Source: Octopus bimaculoides (Eukaryota). Taken from it: 64,000 nucleotides of DNA. Within the stretch, counting starts at the first letter, position 1. The number at the start of each line of letters is the position of its first letter. The position numbers and the translations under genes were made by a program. The stretch covers positions 54,542,589 through 54,606,588 of the forward strand of contig NC_068984.1 in assembly GCF_001194135.2 (NCBI RefSeq), written 5' to 3'. Positions 24,013 to 36,783 of the stretch are shown here, piece by piece. The notes beneath the pieces are model-generated. The model made no database searches. It was not told the origin of the DNA and saw only the letters and a program-made list of their open reading frames with translations.

Positions 24013-25883
24013 CTTCCGGTTGGAAAGCTAGAACGTCGGTGGAAGCTTGACAGGTATTTTTGTTATCAAAATTACTGTTTTTGTTGATATTATTGTTTAA
24101 AAGAGAACATAAGACAATAGACTTTGTCCCCAGAAAAAAAAGAACTAAATAATATTTGGGCTTTGTGCACAAATATTAGTATTTGCGAAATGATTACACG
24201 TTCGCAAGTGAAAAATGGCGTGGAGGGGTGTAACTTTCTAACGCATGACAAACCATTTTGTGATAACAAGAAAAGTCACATTTTGCTCAACATGTCCCGC
24301 GTGGTGGATGACAATATTGCAGAAATAGCAAAATATTCCTCAAATCACACCCTCACAATCTTAAGAAGGACACATCGTATAATGTAGTTCTAGATGCATT
24401 ATATCTGAATATGCATTATAGCTGAATATATCATCACAGTTTTGATTATATGTCTGATGGATCAAAGTTGACCGGATGATTAACGACAACAGCAGCATGA
24501 AATTTACTTTTTTGTTTCTTCTGATTCTCTTTTAAAGTTCATTTTAATATTTCTCACGACTGATCACTTTCCAAGAGTCTGAAAAAAATTACTGGAAAAC
24601 TAAAAACGAAACTCAATTTAAACAGAATGCCCGGCTACTAGAACCCAGATATATCTGCCTGTTCCATCCGTTACAGTGGACTTCAACTCTAACTATTAAA
24701 CTATAATTTATAAAATAGATTTTATTTTATAGAACAACAACAAAATATAATCGAGTAGCATTTTCCCAAAATTTTTAGTTTAAAACAATATTTAAGTTGT
24801 TTACAATTATCACTCTCTGCGAAGAGAGTGTTGTGTTTTATATCACGCGTCACAGCGGTATTTAAGTGAAGCTGTAGTGCCAGACAAGTCTGAAAATTGT
24901 TAATTTCATGGTTATTTCTTAATTTTTCCTTTGTTGTATTTTTCTACGACGACGAATATTTGTTGACAATTCAGGATGAAAATTGTCTCCTTATTCTTTT
25001 TAGAACTTCCTATGACTAACTAAGAGAATGTTTGTGGTCATTTTATGTTAGCTACAAACATCTAAGAAGACTATACATTGTTCTCCGTTTTTTAAGCGGA
25101 AGATGAGAATTTCTCCAGTAGCTTACATATATCCGGTTACTCTCGATAGTAGGTTGTTATTACAAGAGATACACATAAATAACAGAGCCACATGAAATGA
25201 CAACGATCGAGAGATCGAAATAGCTCTAGCACTGTATATGTGTTCCATGTCAAAGCTCTCAGTACGAAACCACATCTCATAACCTATATTTCTTGCACCA
25301 ATAATCCTAAGCAATTACAATAGCAACCAGTGAAGACAGAATTATTAGCAGAGCTGTTGTCTTTAATCATAATGTCTTTTTTAAGCATGATACTTTTTGT
25401 GGAGAATTAAAAACTATATTTCCTCGCGTCAGTATTCCCTAGCTTCCACAATGCTACACAATAGAGGCAGAATCATCGTTAGACTTGTCTTAAGTTGCAA
25501 TTTCATATGAAATGTGCTACTTAGCATGGTGATACCAAATTTTTGTGTGAAATAATGTTCTGATCTGAAGTAAATTGTTTCTTCGGTTTTTGCATTCAGA
25601 GGCATCTGGTCATTGAAAGAATAAGCTTGTAAAAACGGAAGAAATATGGAAGGCTGCATCTGTTAAAACCTGATCACTAATAATCCGGTATATGCTTCAA
25701 CATCACGTATAAATTTACACACACACCTACTCATACATACATGCATGTATAAATATATACATGCATATGTACACACACACATATATATACATTGTACATA
25801 CATACACGCATAGATACACTACCATTTAATCACGTTTATAGAGATTCATGCGTGGAAACATGCATACTCATATTCAAACACAC

Positions 25884-25914
<31 letters not shown>

Positions 25915-25996
25915 GAGACATATTCATACCCACACAGACACAGGTATGTATTCACATTTACACAAATGCACATATATAAACACTGTGAAGCAGTCT

Positions 25997-26055
<59 letters not shown>

Positions 26056-26485
26056 GCACACACACGCACACACAGAGAAGAAGTAAGCTACAGAGTAGAT
26101 ATTGAAAGAAGAAAATTGAGCTGCAACAATAAAATGCCCCCAAGAAGACAAGGAAAGTTAAAAGTATCAAAGACTAGATGATAAGTCATCTGTATAAAGT
26201 GTAAGTGATGAAAAGATGAAGAGAAAAAGAAAGAAAATAAAAAGAAAACGAAAGAAAATCCTTCAGTGTGATTCTTTTAGGATAAGTTCCATGATTAGAA
26301 ATCGTTCAAAGATCACTAGTTTTCTGCTTGTTTAATGGATCTCTGCTGATGACAACCAGGCACCGGAATTTTTTTGTGGTATGTCAAGCTGGTCTCTTAT
26401 GGAGGCTTCAGTTTATGTGACTCGGCATTTTTGAAAAATCTTCAAAATCAAATTTATACCAATACCTACCCCGCACAAACTAACA

Positions 26486-26486
<1 letters not shown>

Positions 26487-26577
<91 letters not shown>

Positions 26578-26583
26578 ATGATG
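26487..26583. repeat. Compound trinucleotide microsatellite (CTA)n(CTG)n(ATG)n
   Basis: Directly visible. Confidence 0.9.
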
Positions 26584-27008
26584 ATTCCTTTTTTTTGAAG
26601 TATCATTTTCGTTTCAAGTGTGTTTGATACTTTCCCATGGTGAAATAGAATTTTACTTGAAATAAGTTATGATCTCAAGTTAATAATGTATATGTTCCCG
26701 TGTGCATGCGTACGTGTCTCTATGTGAATANNNNNNNNNNNNNNNNNNNNNNNNNNNNNNNNNNNNNNNNNNNNNNNNNNNNNNNNNNNNNNNNNNNNNN
26801 NNNNNNNNNNNNNNNNNNNNNNNNNNNNNNNNNNNNNNNNNNNNNNNNNNNNNNNNNNNNNNNNNNNNNNNNNNNNNNNNNNNNNNNNNNGAGTGTGTGA
26901 AGGTATATGTGTGATTTCTGTGAATGTGTGTATGTGCGGGTGAATGTGTAAGTAAATTTTTAATACAAAAATACTTTTATCGATAAAACCAACACCGGTA
27001 GTAGATAA

Positions 27009-27058
<50 letters not shown>

Positions 27059-27834
27059 CAATAATAATATTTCTTCTAATATAGTCATATGGACTGAAGT
27101 TTTGGGGAATGAGTATAGCCGACTATATCGACTTCTCGGCCCCAAAATGATGAAAGGCAAAGTCGACCTCGTTGACATTTGAATTGGTGATCTTGATATG
27201 CCCGGTGCTAAGGGAGCTTGCCTCTCTTGTCAGTCATTAAGATAGTGCTTATTGTGGCTATTAGTTGTTTTGACTCTTATTTCTAGCATTACTGGTGCTG
27301 ACTAGCGCCCTTAGTCGCTTGAGTGACGCATATATTTTTGCCTTTCGGTTGGAAAATTGTTAACAAGCCACCCTTATTATTTATACATATATATATGTAT
27401 GCATTTGCACGGTTTAAATAAAGTGTGATAAAAGAAAATAATTAAAACAAGATAAATTTAAAAGAAAATAAAGAGTAAAAATAAATTGCTGACTTGGTCT
27501 TGTTAGAGCATCATACATTACTATTTGGCCAAAAGCTGATAATTCTTGTGTCGGTTGGTATATGTATCACCGTCTCGAGGATAGGACTATTTCAATTAGT
27601 TGTAATGTGCTTTTCTATTTTTATTAACAGCTTGTCGTTTACTAGTTTCTTGTATTCCAAATGCAATCCCACTTCTATCATTTATACCTTATCGCAATGC
27701 CCCGGACGCCATAGAAGCATGATCGTATTTATTAGTTGTCAGTTTGGTTAACGATGGTCGGTGGATCACTGGTTTTCGTCTTCCTCTTCATGCACTTTAT
27801 TATTATTTGGAAGAAGCGAATAATAACGGGAACG

Positions 27835-28152
27835 ATAAAATAAGTAACAGTCTAGAACCGGGGTCGATAATCGACTAGCTTCCTTCCTCTTAATTTCAGG
27901 GCTTAAGCCTATAGCAGAAAAAATTATTTAAGGCGGCGAGCTGGCAGAATCGTTAGCCCGTCGGACAAAATGCTTAGTGACATTTCGTCCGGCTTTACGT
28001 TCTGAGTTCAAATTCCGCCGAGGTCGACTTTGCCTTTTATCCTTTTGGGGTTGATAAAAAACGTACCAGTTGAGCACTAGGGTCAATGAAATCGACCAGC
28101 CCCCTTCCCTCAAATTTCAGGCCTTGTGCCTATAACAGAAAGTATTATTATT
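27835..28152 (+). mobile_element. Head-to-tail pair of family C SINEs (3' half, then a full copy at 27931-28152)
   Basis: The full copy has GGCGGCGAGCTGGCAGAATCG, GAGTTCAAATTCC and GTCGACTTTGCCTTT. It is preceded by a 3' portion (GATAAAATAAGTA...GGGGTCGAT...AATTTCAGG). Confidence 0.8.
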
Positions 28153-28199
28153 CGGAGGAGGAACATCAGTGTTGTTTTGAGGAAGGTGCTCTTTCTCAC

Positions 28200-28575
28200 T
28201 TGTTTGAATCGTTTCCTTTAGAAATTTTTGTTTTGGGATATTTTCCTTTTCATTTTGTATTTACTACGACAGTTTGGATACTTTCCACTGCAGCCTTTTT
28301 CTTTCTCTTTTACGACACATGTTGATGGAGTGGTACTACTGGTTGCTACTGTAATAGGACGAGGTATTTGTTCTCTTGTTTCTAGAACTGGGCACGAGGA
28401 GATTTTTTCTGCCATTCTAGTAACTGTAATTGATGGTAGTATGGAATATGGAGCTTCTTGTTCTTGTTGCGGGATGGTCTCCATTGCTTTACTTTTCTAT
28501 TTCCTAACTAGTCTTTCAAGTTCTTCAGGACATGATGCTCTGACATAGTTCATACTATGACATACGTAATAACTA
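28200..28575 (-). mobile_element. Fragment of Tx1-like ORF1 (decayed zinc knuckle + S/T/P-rich tail)
   Basis: PSYYVCHSMNYVRASCPE parallels PRCHICGSVTHLKASCPE at 13220-13275, and is followed by low-complexity ORF 28218-28484. Confidence 0.5.
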
Positions 28576-28674
28576 GGAAATATGTAAAGTATTTTATTAG
28601 ATGCTGAAACACTGAGTTTGAAGTTTTAAATCAAACGATTGCTGAAAGGTAACACTTTATAAGCCGAAATATTA

Positions 28675-28708
<34 letters not shown>

Positions 28709-28786
28709 CAAGAATAAGGGCAGGGAATCGTCAATTAATAATAGAATTAATAATTAACAATTTTGCCAAGTAGTTCAGTATGAAAA

Positions 28787-29560
28787 NNNNNNNNNNNNNN
28801 NNNNNNNNNNNNNNNNNNNNNNNNNNNNNNNNNNNNNNNNNNNNNNNNNNNNNNNNNNNNNNNNNNNNNNNNNNNNNNNNNNNNNNNNNNNNNNNNNNNN
28901 NNNNNNNNNNNNNNNNNNNNNNNNNNNNNNNNNNNNNNNNNNNNNNNNNNNNNNNNNNNNNNNNNNNNNNNNNNNNNNNNNNNNNNNNNNNNNNNNNNNN
29001 NNNNNNNNNNNNNNNNNNNNNNNNNNNNNNNNNNNNNNNNNNNNNNNNNNNNNNNNNNNNNNNNNNNNNNNNNNNNNNNNNNNNNNNNNNNNNNNNNNNN
29101 NNNNNNNNNNNNNNNNNNNNNNNNNNNNNNNNNNNNNNNNNNNNNNNNNNNNNNNNNNNNNNNNNNNNNNNNNNNNNNNNNNNNNNNNNNNNNNNNNNNN
29201 NNNNNNNNNNNNNNNNNNNNNNNNNNNNNNNNNNNNNNNNNNNNNNNNNNNNNNNNNNNNNNNNNNNNNNNNNNNNNNNNNNNNNNNNNNNNNNNNNNNN
29301 NNNNNNNNNNNNNNNNNNNNNNNNNNNNNNNNNNNNNNNNNNNNNNNNNNNNNNNNNNNNNNNNNNNNNNNNNNNNNNNNNNNNNNNNNNNNNNNNNNNN
29401 NNNNNNNNNNNNNNNNNNNNNNNNNNNNNNNNNNNNNNNNNNNNNNNNNNNNNNNNNNNNNNNNNNNNNNNNNNNNNNNNNNNNNNNNNNNNNNNNNNNN
29501 NNNNNNNNNNNNNNNNNNNNNNNNNNNNNNNNNNNNNNNNNNNNNNNNNNNNNNNNNNNN
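28787..29560. other. Assembly gap (largest of about a dozen N runs)
   Basis: N run; most gaps abut (TA)n, (CA)n or (TAA)n microsatellites. ORFs crossing the gaps are artefacts. Confidence 0.99.
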
Positions 29561-31193
29561 TATATATATATATATATATTTCCATCTGCTCAGCTTAGTC
29601 CATTCTATCATTCTATGATGTGTATCCATATCTGCGCATGCGTTTGCATCTGTATATGTGTGTGTGTTCGCAGTGCACAAAGAAGCGTAAATTTATTCCT
29701 TGAATTTTCTGCCAAAAACCTTTGGCAATGTACAGTTTCAATTTTGAATTTGTATTTGTAATTTGTTTTGTTTTGTGTTACGCTCTCTTTATTGATTCAT
29801 ATTATATACCTCTTGTATGAATAAAATACTTACTCTATCAGGTCTAGCCAGAAAACTAGACCTGATTGAGAAAATCTGAAGTTATTTTTGAATTTAGCGT
29901 GCGTGTGCGTATGCGTGTTTATGTGTTTCACATGTGTGCTTATGTGCATATTTGTCTTTTCTGTGTGTATCACACGGATCTAGTCGGTTTGGCTGCCAGC
30001 ATCAATTCCGTTTGAATTGATTTCATATTCACTGTAATGATACACTTTTATTGGCTGTAATTTCAGCCAATCGTAAACCACAGATACATCCATGTCTGTT
30101 TACATAGTAACACGCGGAACATGAGAACTCTTTTGTCTATTTAAGTTGTAACGTGTTGTCCATCGAATTTGTATTAAATGCATATTGAATGCTTAAAAGT
30201 ACTTGTTTACTCGTCTCTTTTTGTCATTGAGGTGGTTGTGAGGTGTGCTGAAAATAACAGCAAAATAAAGTTTTTTTGATAAATCTGTTAAGTTTCTGCT
30301 ATCGCATTAAATGGATATTGAATGCTTCAAACTACAAAACAAGTGTCGTTTACAAATATTGAAAACACGTGCTATTTTCAGGATGTTGATGAAAAAATGT
30401 GCAGTCACGCACAAAATGACAGCTTCGAAATCATATTTCCTCACTGGGTGAAAATGATCAAACTTTAACCCTCTATAACTTAAAAAAAAAAAATTTTCTG
30501 GACAAATTGAAATAAGTACAGCAATTCATCTTGGAAAAAAATATCATTGTGCCAGATTTTAAAATTTTCGATAAACTTTAATTATTGAAATGCTGGCAGC
30601 CAAACCAACCAGATCCTATTACACTATTTGTATTTGTGTCTTTTGTTTTCTTCCCCCCACCTTCTATCTTTAGTCGTCGTCTAAAGGTCGAGATTTGAAC
30701 GGAAAAAGACCGTTGACAAGCATTGCCTTATTTTTTTATATGTTCATTACTCTGTGAAGAAAAAGATATTTACATCTATTTAGTACCACATGAAAATGAA
30801 ATGTTTTCACTTTTTTTAAGCAGCGTACTCAAACCAACAGGTATGTAAAGGAAGTAACTGTTTTGATGAAGTTTTTATGATGATGAATGAAACCATATTT
30901 TCGGATATGGAAAACAAGCAGGTTTGATCATTGATTGATAGCTGGAAATTCCTTAATAATCAATGAGGCAGTTGTCTGCAAGTTGTTAGCTATAGGGATT
31001 TTTTGTTCAAAATTACAGAAGGAATCAACAGAATGTTATACTTCCCCTAGAGACTGGGTTTCAAAGTCATTCAGGGAAGGTGTGTGGGGTATCCTTCTGA
31101 TGAGCTTAAATATATTCATATATTTGAAAGAATATTTGTTAGCATATGGAGAATTAAGGACGAGAAGCTCAGACCTGAAAAGCTACAGCTTTT

Positions 31194-31270
<77 letters not shown>

Positions 31271-32459
31271 CCAACGAGCTTATGTACAGTTTCAGTCAAA
31301 AATATTTCTCCAACATGGCATTAGTGAACTTGAGATTCGGATAGAAAGCTATTTTTCAATGTACTGCTCAGTGTTATCGAACTTGGAATCATGGAATTGC
31401 AAAGGGAAACTCTGTAACAATTCTATGAAGCCGGTGCATTAAGAAAAACAAATACCCCGCTGTTTAGTAGATTAATGTTTAGTAGATTAATGTTTAGTAG
31501 ATTAATGAAATAATATACAAATATAAATAACAATATCTTAGATGTCAATAAAATCTAAGATCCCTTTCAGGAATGATCTTGTGGACAAAGTCTATAAGAC
31601 GTCATTCGTAGAAATATCCAATTCGGCTGAAATTAACTGTGGGCCATTTATAGAATGAAAATAAATTGAGTGATGAATTTAGTGACTTTATAAGTAAAAT
31701 AAAAGACACCAAGTTCTAAGAAAAACAAAACAAAACAAACAAAAACAATGACAAATAAAAAACAAATTGCTCAGAGGAAATCGAAAGGGTTTTATTGAAA
31801 TAATAACGGACATCGGTGAATCAAATTATAAATGAAACGTAATTGGATAATTAAACAAAACGAAATAGTTAATATTTGCGTAAAGAAATGTAAAAATCAA
31901 TTAAAGATATGTCAGTTATATCAAGCAATGATTGTTCAGGTGTTCAAATATTAATATTGTAAAACATTTTGTGAGCTGTGTAGTAAAAAACTAACTTAAA
32001 TACGTGTGTTATGCACACGCATGGGTTCGACAGTAGAGAGAAACTTTTACAAACATGCTTTATTTTATTTTTTCTATTACTTCGGTGAAGTAAATATCGT
32101 ATTGTCATTTCAGATTGAATTACTCAGAGAAGAAATAGAATTTAACTTTAAACTTTGGAGGAACATTTTTGTTTAAATAACTAATCATTTAAAGATGACT
32201 CAGTAACATCTTCAGTGAAATCTGTCCCTTGGGTCCAAGCTAGGAATCAATAACGATTAGTATGATCACACTGGTTGAATTGTTTTTATTAATAAAAGTT
32301 GTTACTGATTAGATATCGCATCGCTCCAAAGGCGGTTGAGTAAGAAAACAAAATAGATTGTCGATTATAGTCGAGTTATAATAAAATTGATAAGAATCTA
32401 TTAAAGCTTTTGACTATTTTTTTTTATTTCTAAAAATTCCTAACAGTAGATTCCTAAAT

Positions 32460-33560
32460 CCATATCTGATGTTTCCAGACCTTCACAGTCTCATTTTCTC
32501 GAAATGATTATATATTTAGCGCCTATGTTGTTACTTATGTATTGGTGAAATTCGTGTAGGCTTTCCCGACAAAGGTTCTTTTGACCGTTAGAATCATGCA
32601 TCAGCAGTCGCATGTTGATATGTTTGTCACGTTTAAATTTTAACCCTTAAATTTTATTTTCTACGTCATTAACCGTGTGCTAGTTTTTTGTTTTCGTTTT
32701 AAGTTTGGCATTTGTTGCTATATGAGTGTGGTTTCCATAATCTATCTGCTTCTTTTGGGTGGAATACTATAAAGATTGTATTCTTCTCTACTATTTCCTG
32801 ATTAATTTCATTTCGTGATGTGTGGTGTAATATTATGCAACACCTTCATGTTGCAAGTGCACGATGAACCTACGCGAAAGTGTTGCGACTTTCGGTTTTA
32901 CTCTCAAATTTATAGATCATGTTTGTCATCCACACTTTGTTTTCGGGATCACATGCTTGTGGAGTTTAACTGATAAAGATTATTTTTTAAATTTTGGTGT
33001 TTTTTATAGTGTATTATTAGTTTATAATCGAGTATGATGCAGTTTTTACGACAGTCTTAACAATATGTTCATCTGGTCTATAGTTTTGTGCATTTGTTTC
33101 ATGTAGTAGATTTCGTATGTGGTTTATGTATTTCTTTTAAGTCTATTCTCTGATATATTAGTTGTATTTGTATCTATTCCTTTGTAACTTGGTCAACTAG
33201 TCTATTAGAAACGTCGTCAATTAATGTATATTTAATTTTATACATTTCTTTCTCTGATGAACTGTTTGTGGACGACAATATAAATGCTATTTTGAGGAGT
33301 GACATCTCAAGTTATGTGGGCACTCACTGTTTCAGTGATTGATTCTTTGGTGTATACCAACGTAATATATCTGTTTTTAAAATTTTATTTTCGAGCTTGT
33401 ATTTATGTTTAAAAACAGAGTCTCATTTGTATTATTCTGTTTGTTAAATTTTTGTACAGAGTTGTTTTCTAAGACTTTCTCTGGTCTCTCAGTTTTCTAA
33501 AGAGTATCCATTACAGCGAGAATACCATCTGTGTATCTAATGTATTTATATTACGTCGTA
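32460..33560 (-). mobile_element. Highly degenerate Penelope-like RT remnant
   Basis: IRYTDGILAV (~33510-33542) resembles the RYVDDIF catalytic motif. Downstream are an L.FL..I....F.T.I-like segment and IAFILSS...EKEMYKIK..L, matching the PLE thumb pattern RA..ICS....F..E...I. Confidence 0.5.
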
Positions 33561-34928
33561 TGTTTGGCATTCTGTTTTTATTGTGGCTAGGTAGAATGCC
33601 GAAAACGTGGGTCGTAGGGGAGGAATCCACCGTTACTCCATCAATAGAAAGGTTACTCCAAGTGAGCTAATTAGAAAGTATTATAAAATCTAAAATGAAA
33701 AGGTAAAACTTCAACATAGACGTGTATTTATTGAAACATGCATATACACACACATGTATGGAAATGTGTGTATAAAATATACCACATCTGAGCAACTGAG
33801 ACCAGTAGATTAATATGAAATCTAACTTTCCAAATAAAACACACACACACATACACAACTACACACACACACATACACAACTACACACACACACACATAC
33901 ACAACTACACACACACACACACACNNNNNNNNNNNNNNNNNNNNNNNNNNNNNNNNNNNNNNNNNNNNNNNNNNNNNNNNNNNNNNNNNNNNNNNNNNNN
34001 NNNNNNNNNNNNNNNNNNNNNNACACACACACACGGAGGCACACTTACTTGTAAACATTAGTGAGGCTATTAACCTGAATACCTGGTTTGAAATTGTTAT
34101 GTTGAGACTACAGTTACACAGTGGAACCTAACGAAACATATTCACAAGCTCCATGAACAAGGAATATAATTTGGATTGCATTCTTTTTGTTTTTGTATTT
34201 TCACAAGTTTTATTTGCAGACTGAATCTCTTACGGTAACTTCTGACTAAAAATAATTCGTTCCACAAAATCGATGGATTGTTTCTATCGGTCAACGATAA
34301 TCTATATATCTAATTAATCCTACTGCGTCAACATTTCCAAAAGACACATCATGAGCAATGAATCTTATTGGATTCGATCGGTTCTTTCGATGTGTACATA
34401 ACGACATCTACTGGTTGAAATGACTGATTGTGCAATGAAATAATCGATCGAAGACAACTGGTGCTGGTTGGTTTGTAGGTTATCAATGATCGATCTGCAT
34501 TTAAACAACCTAACGGTTTGATATTGATTATGAATTTTGGTAAATTAATTTGTTCAGTATACTGTATAAAATGTGCTATTAGCTTACCTCAAAAAGTGCA
34601 AAAAAATTCTAACTAAAGTTTTATCTTTAAAAAAGATACAAAAATCTTTCACTTTGTTACGTTTATTAGTGATGATGAATTTTATAAAGTTCAATAGAAA
34701 ACACATGTAATGGTGTTAATCTAGAACTTAGAAAATATACAACACAGGATTAAGGGCCTAGATTAACAATTACGCAAACTTCTACATTGTTATATCTCTA
34801 GTGAAGAGATAATTGTCAGGAATATTTCCTTTCCAAAAACCAAATAAAGCAGAACACGAAAAACTGTTTACAACTCATTATTTAATATCAGATATAGTTT
34901 CAGTGGTGTTTTTTAATATTTTTCGCAC

Positions 34929-35142
34929 GAAAGCAGCAAGCTGGCAGAATCGTTACAACGCTGGGAAAAATGCTTAGAAGCATTTAGTCCGTCTTTACGT
35001 TGAGTGTAGATGCTGTCGAAGTCGACTTTGCCTTTCATGCTTTCTGGGGGCGATAAAATAAGTACCAGTTGAACACTGGGGACGATGTAATCGACTTAGA
35101 TCCTCCCCCGAAATTGTTGGCCTTGTGCCAAAATTAGAAACC
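34929..35142 (+). mobile_element. Family C tRNA-SINE with a perfect 14-bp TSD
   Basis: The TSD AATATTTTTCGCAC is at 34915-34928 and 35143-35156; the head and central domain match the other family C copies. Confidence 0.9.
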
Positions 35143-35230
35143 AATATTTTTCGCACTGCATTTCATTACTGTTGAAAGTAAAAATACACCAAGAGGGAGA
35201 AGAGAGTAGAAATAGTGCAAAGCCGACTTT

Positions 35231-35922
35231 AATATAAGTAAACGTATAAGGCGGCGAGCTGGCAGAATCGTTAGCACGCCAGACAAAATGCTTAGTGGCA
35301 TTTGGTCTGTTTCAGCTCAATTTGCGCCGAGGTCGACTTTACCTTTCATCCTTATGGAGTCGATATAATATGTAAAAGTTGATCCCTGGGATCGATGTAA
35401 TCGACTTCACCACACCCCGAAATTGCTGGCCTTATATCAAATTTTGAATCCAATATAAGTAAACACAGACGACAAGCTGGCAGAATCGTTAGCATACTGG
35501 GCGAAATACTTTCGTCTGTCTTTAAGTCATGAGTTCCAGTTTCGCCGAAGCAGATTTTGTCTTTCATCCTTTCATGGTACCAATAAATACCATTTGAACT
35601 TTGGGATCGATGTAATCGTTTTAGCACCTCGCCACACCAAAACGAATACTGGCCTTGTTCAAAAATCTGAAACCAATATAAGTAAACGTCAAAGCAGAGA
35701 GCTGGCAGAATCGTCACAAAGCCGGGAAAAAATGAAATTAGCGGTATTTTTTTCAGCTTTACGTTCTGATTTCAAATACCACTGATGTTGACTTTGTCCT
35801 TCATTCGTTTAAGGTCGATAAAATAAATAACAGTGCAGTACTGGGGCCACTATAATCGACTAGCTCCCTCTCTCATAATTTTAGGCCTTGTACCTGTTGT
35901 AGGAAGAAAAAATATAAGAAAC
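35231..35922 (+). mobile_element. Three head-to-tail family C SINEs separated by a reiterated target motif
   Basis: AATATAAGTAAAC occurs at 35231-35243, 35452-35464 and 35675-35687, and AATATAAG-AAAC at 35911-35922. Each interval holds one SINE starting AGCTGGCAGAATCG. Confidence 0.88.
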
Positions 35923-36589
35923 CTCTCGTCTACTCTCCCATTTTTTCTTGCTGATGCTCAACTCCACCTCAGCTCTGATCAAGCAGAAATATTAAAGGCT
36001 ATGTTTATCTCAGTATTTTGTATATCTAAGAGTACATCGTTCAATATAACCTCCAGGATTTGATGGAGATTGGTTGTTACTTTTAGCTACTGGGACGACT
36101 ATGTGGAAGCTTCTTACTTGGTTATCTTCCCTTGTTTTGTTGCTGTTAGTTAAATGAATTCAAAGTTGAATACATTCTTGTGTATCGCAATTATACGCAA
36201 TTCCTTTTAAGAATCAAGTTCGGAATTCAATGACAATTTTAACCAGCCTGGTTGTTAACGCGAGTTTCAAGCTGACTACTATAAAATCTTCTATTAACGT
36301 TCTCCCTGTTCACAGGGGAACTTGAGCATAACTCTGTTAACTAACGAACATATTTTGATAATGCTCATCTGGTATTTATTTTAACATGGCGGAGCGGCTT
36401 CCAGTTTATCTGTATAGGTACTGTATAGATACAGACACACTTTATACCTATGATGTGTAAATACATACATACATACATACATACATACATACATACATTC
36501 ATAAATACATACCTGTCTGTTTGTCTGTCTGTGTTTATGTATTTGTTTTGCAGGATTCCTGATGTGAAATATTTTGTTGAAACAAACAT

Positions 36590-36745
36590 TGCTATATTAT
36601 TTACATTATTTACATTTGACGGATATTTGTCCTCATCTTCTTTGTTGTTAACACAATGTTTCAGCTGATATATCCTCCAGCCTTCATCAGGTGTCTTTGG
36701 GAAATTTTGAACCCTGGGTTCTCATTCCTAAGGTATTTTTCGATG

Positions 36746-36781
<36 letters not shown>

Positions 36782-36783
36782 TC
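36590..36783 (-). mobile_element. Short dispersed repeat with internal (AAT)n and a hammerhead-like motif; 5' part hidden by an N gap
   Basis: Homologous to 43975-44100 (shared ACATTATTTACATTTGACGGAT..TTTGTCCTCATCTT and CTCATTCCTA.GGTATTTTTC.ATGTTG). Confidence 0.8.
36650..36695 (-). ncRNA. Minimal type I hammerhead ribozyme motif (Penelope-type), probably mutated in stem III
   Basis: The minus strand reads GACAC-CUGAUGA-A-GGCUG(GAGGAUAUAU)CAGCU-GAAA-CAU-U-GUGUU. Stem I is GACAC/GUGUU, stem II is GGCUG/CAGCU, and both core boxes are present. Stem III is ACAU here but the palindrome ACGU in the second copy. Confidence 0.6.

Noticed and set aside
23626-24087. 153-aa ORF with a poly-Ile tract
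   Set aside because: It runs through the orphan insert and the (ATT)n microsatellite, with no protein-like features.
28731-29680. Long ORFs of 270-300 aa in the track (also 36656-37460, 51349-51847 and 58154-58934)
   Set aside because: They are artefacts of N runs translated as X.
34915-35922. Regularly spaced repeats suggesting a CRISPR-like array
   Set aside because: The intervening units are homologous ~210-bp SINEs, not unique spacers; the context is eukaryotic and there are no cas genes.
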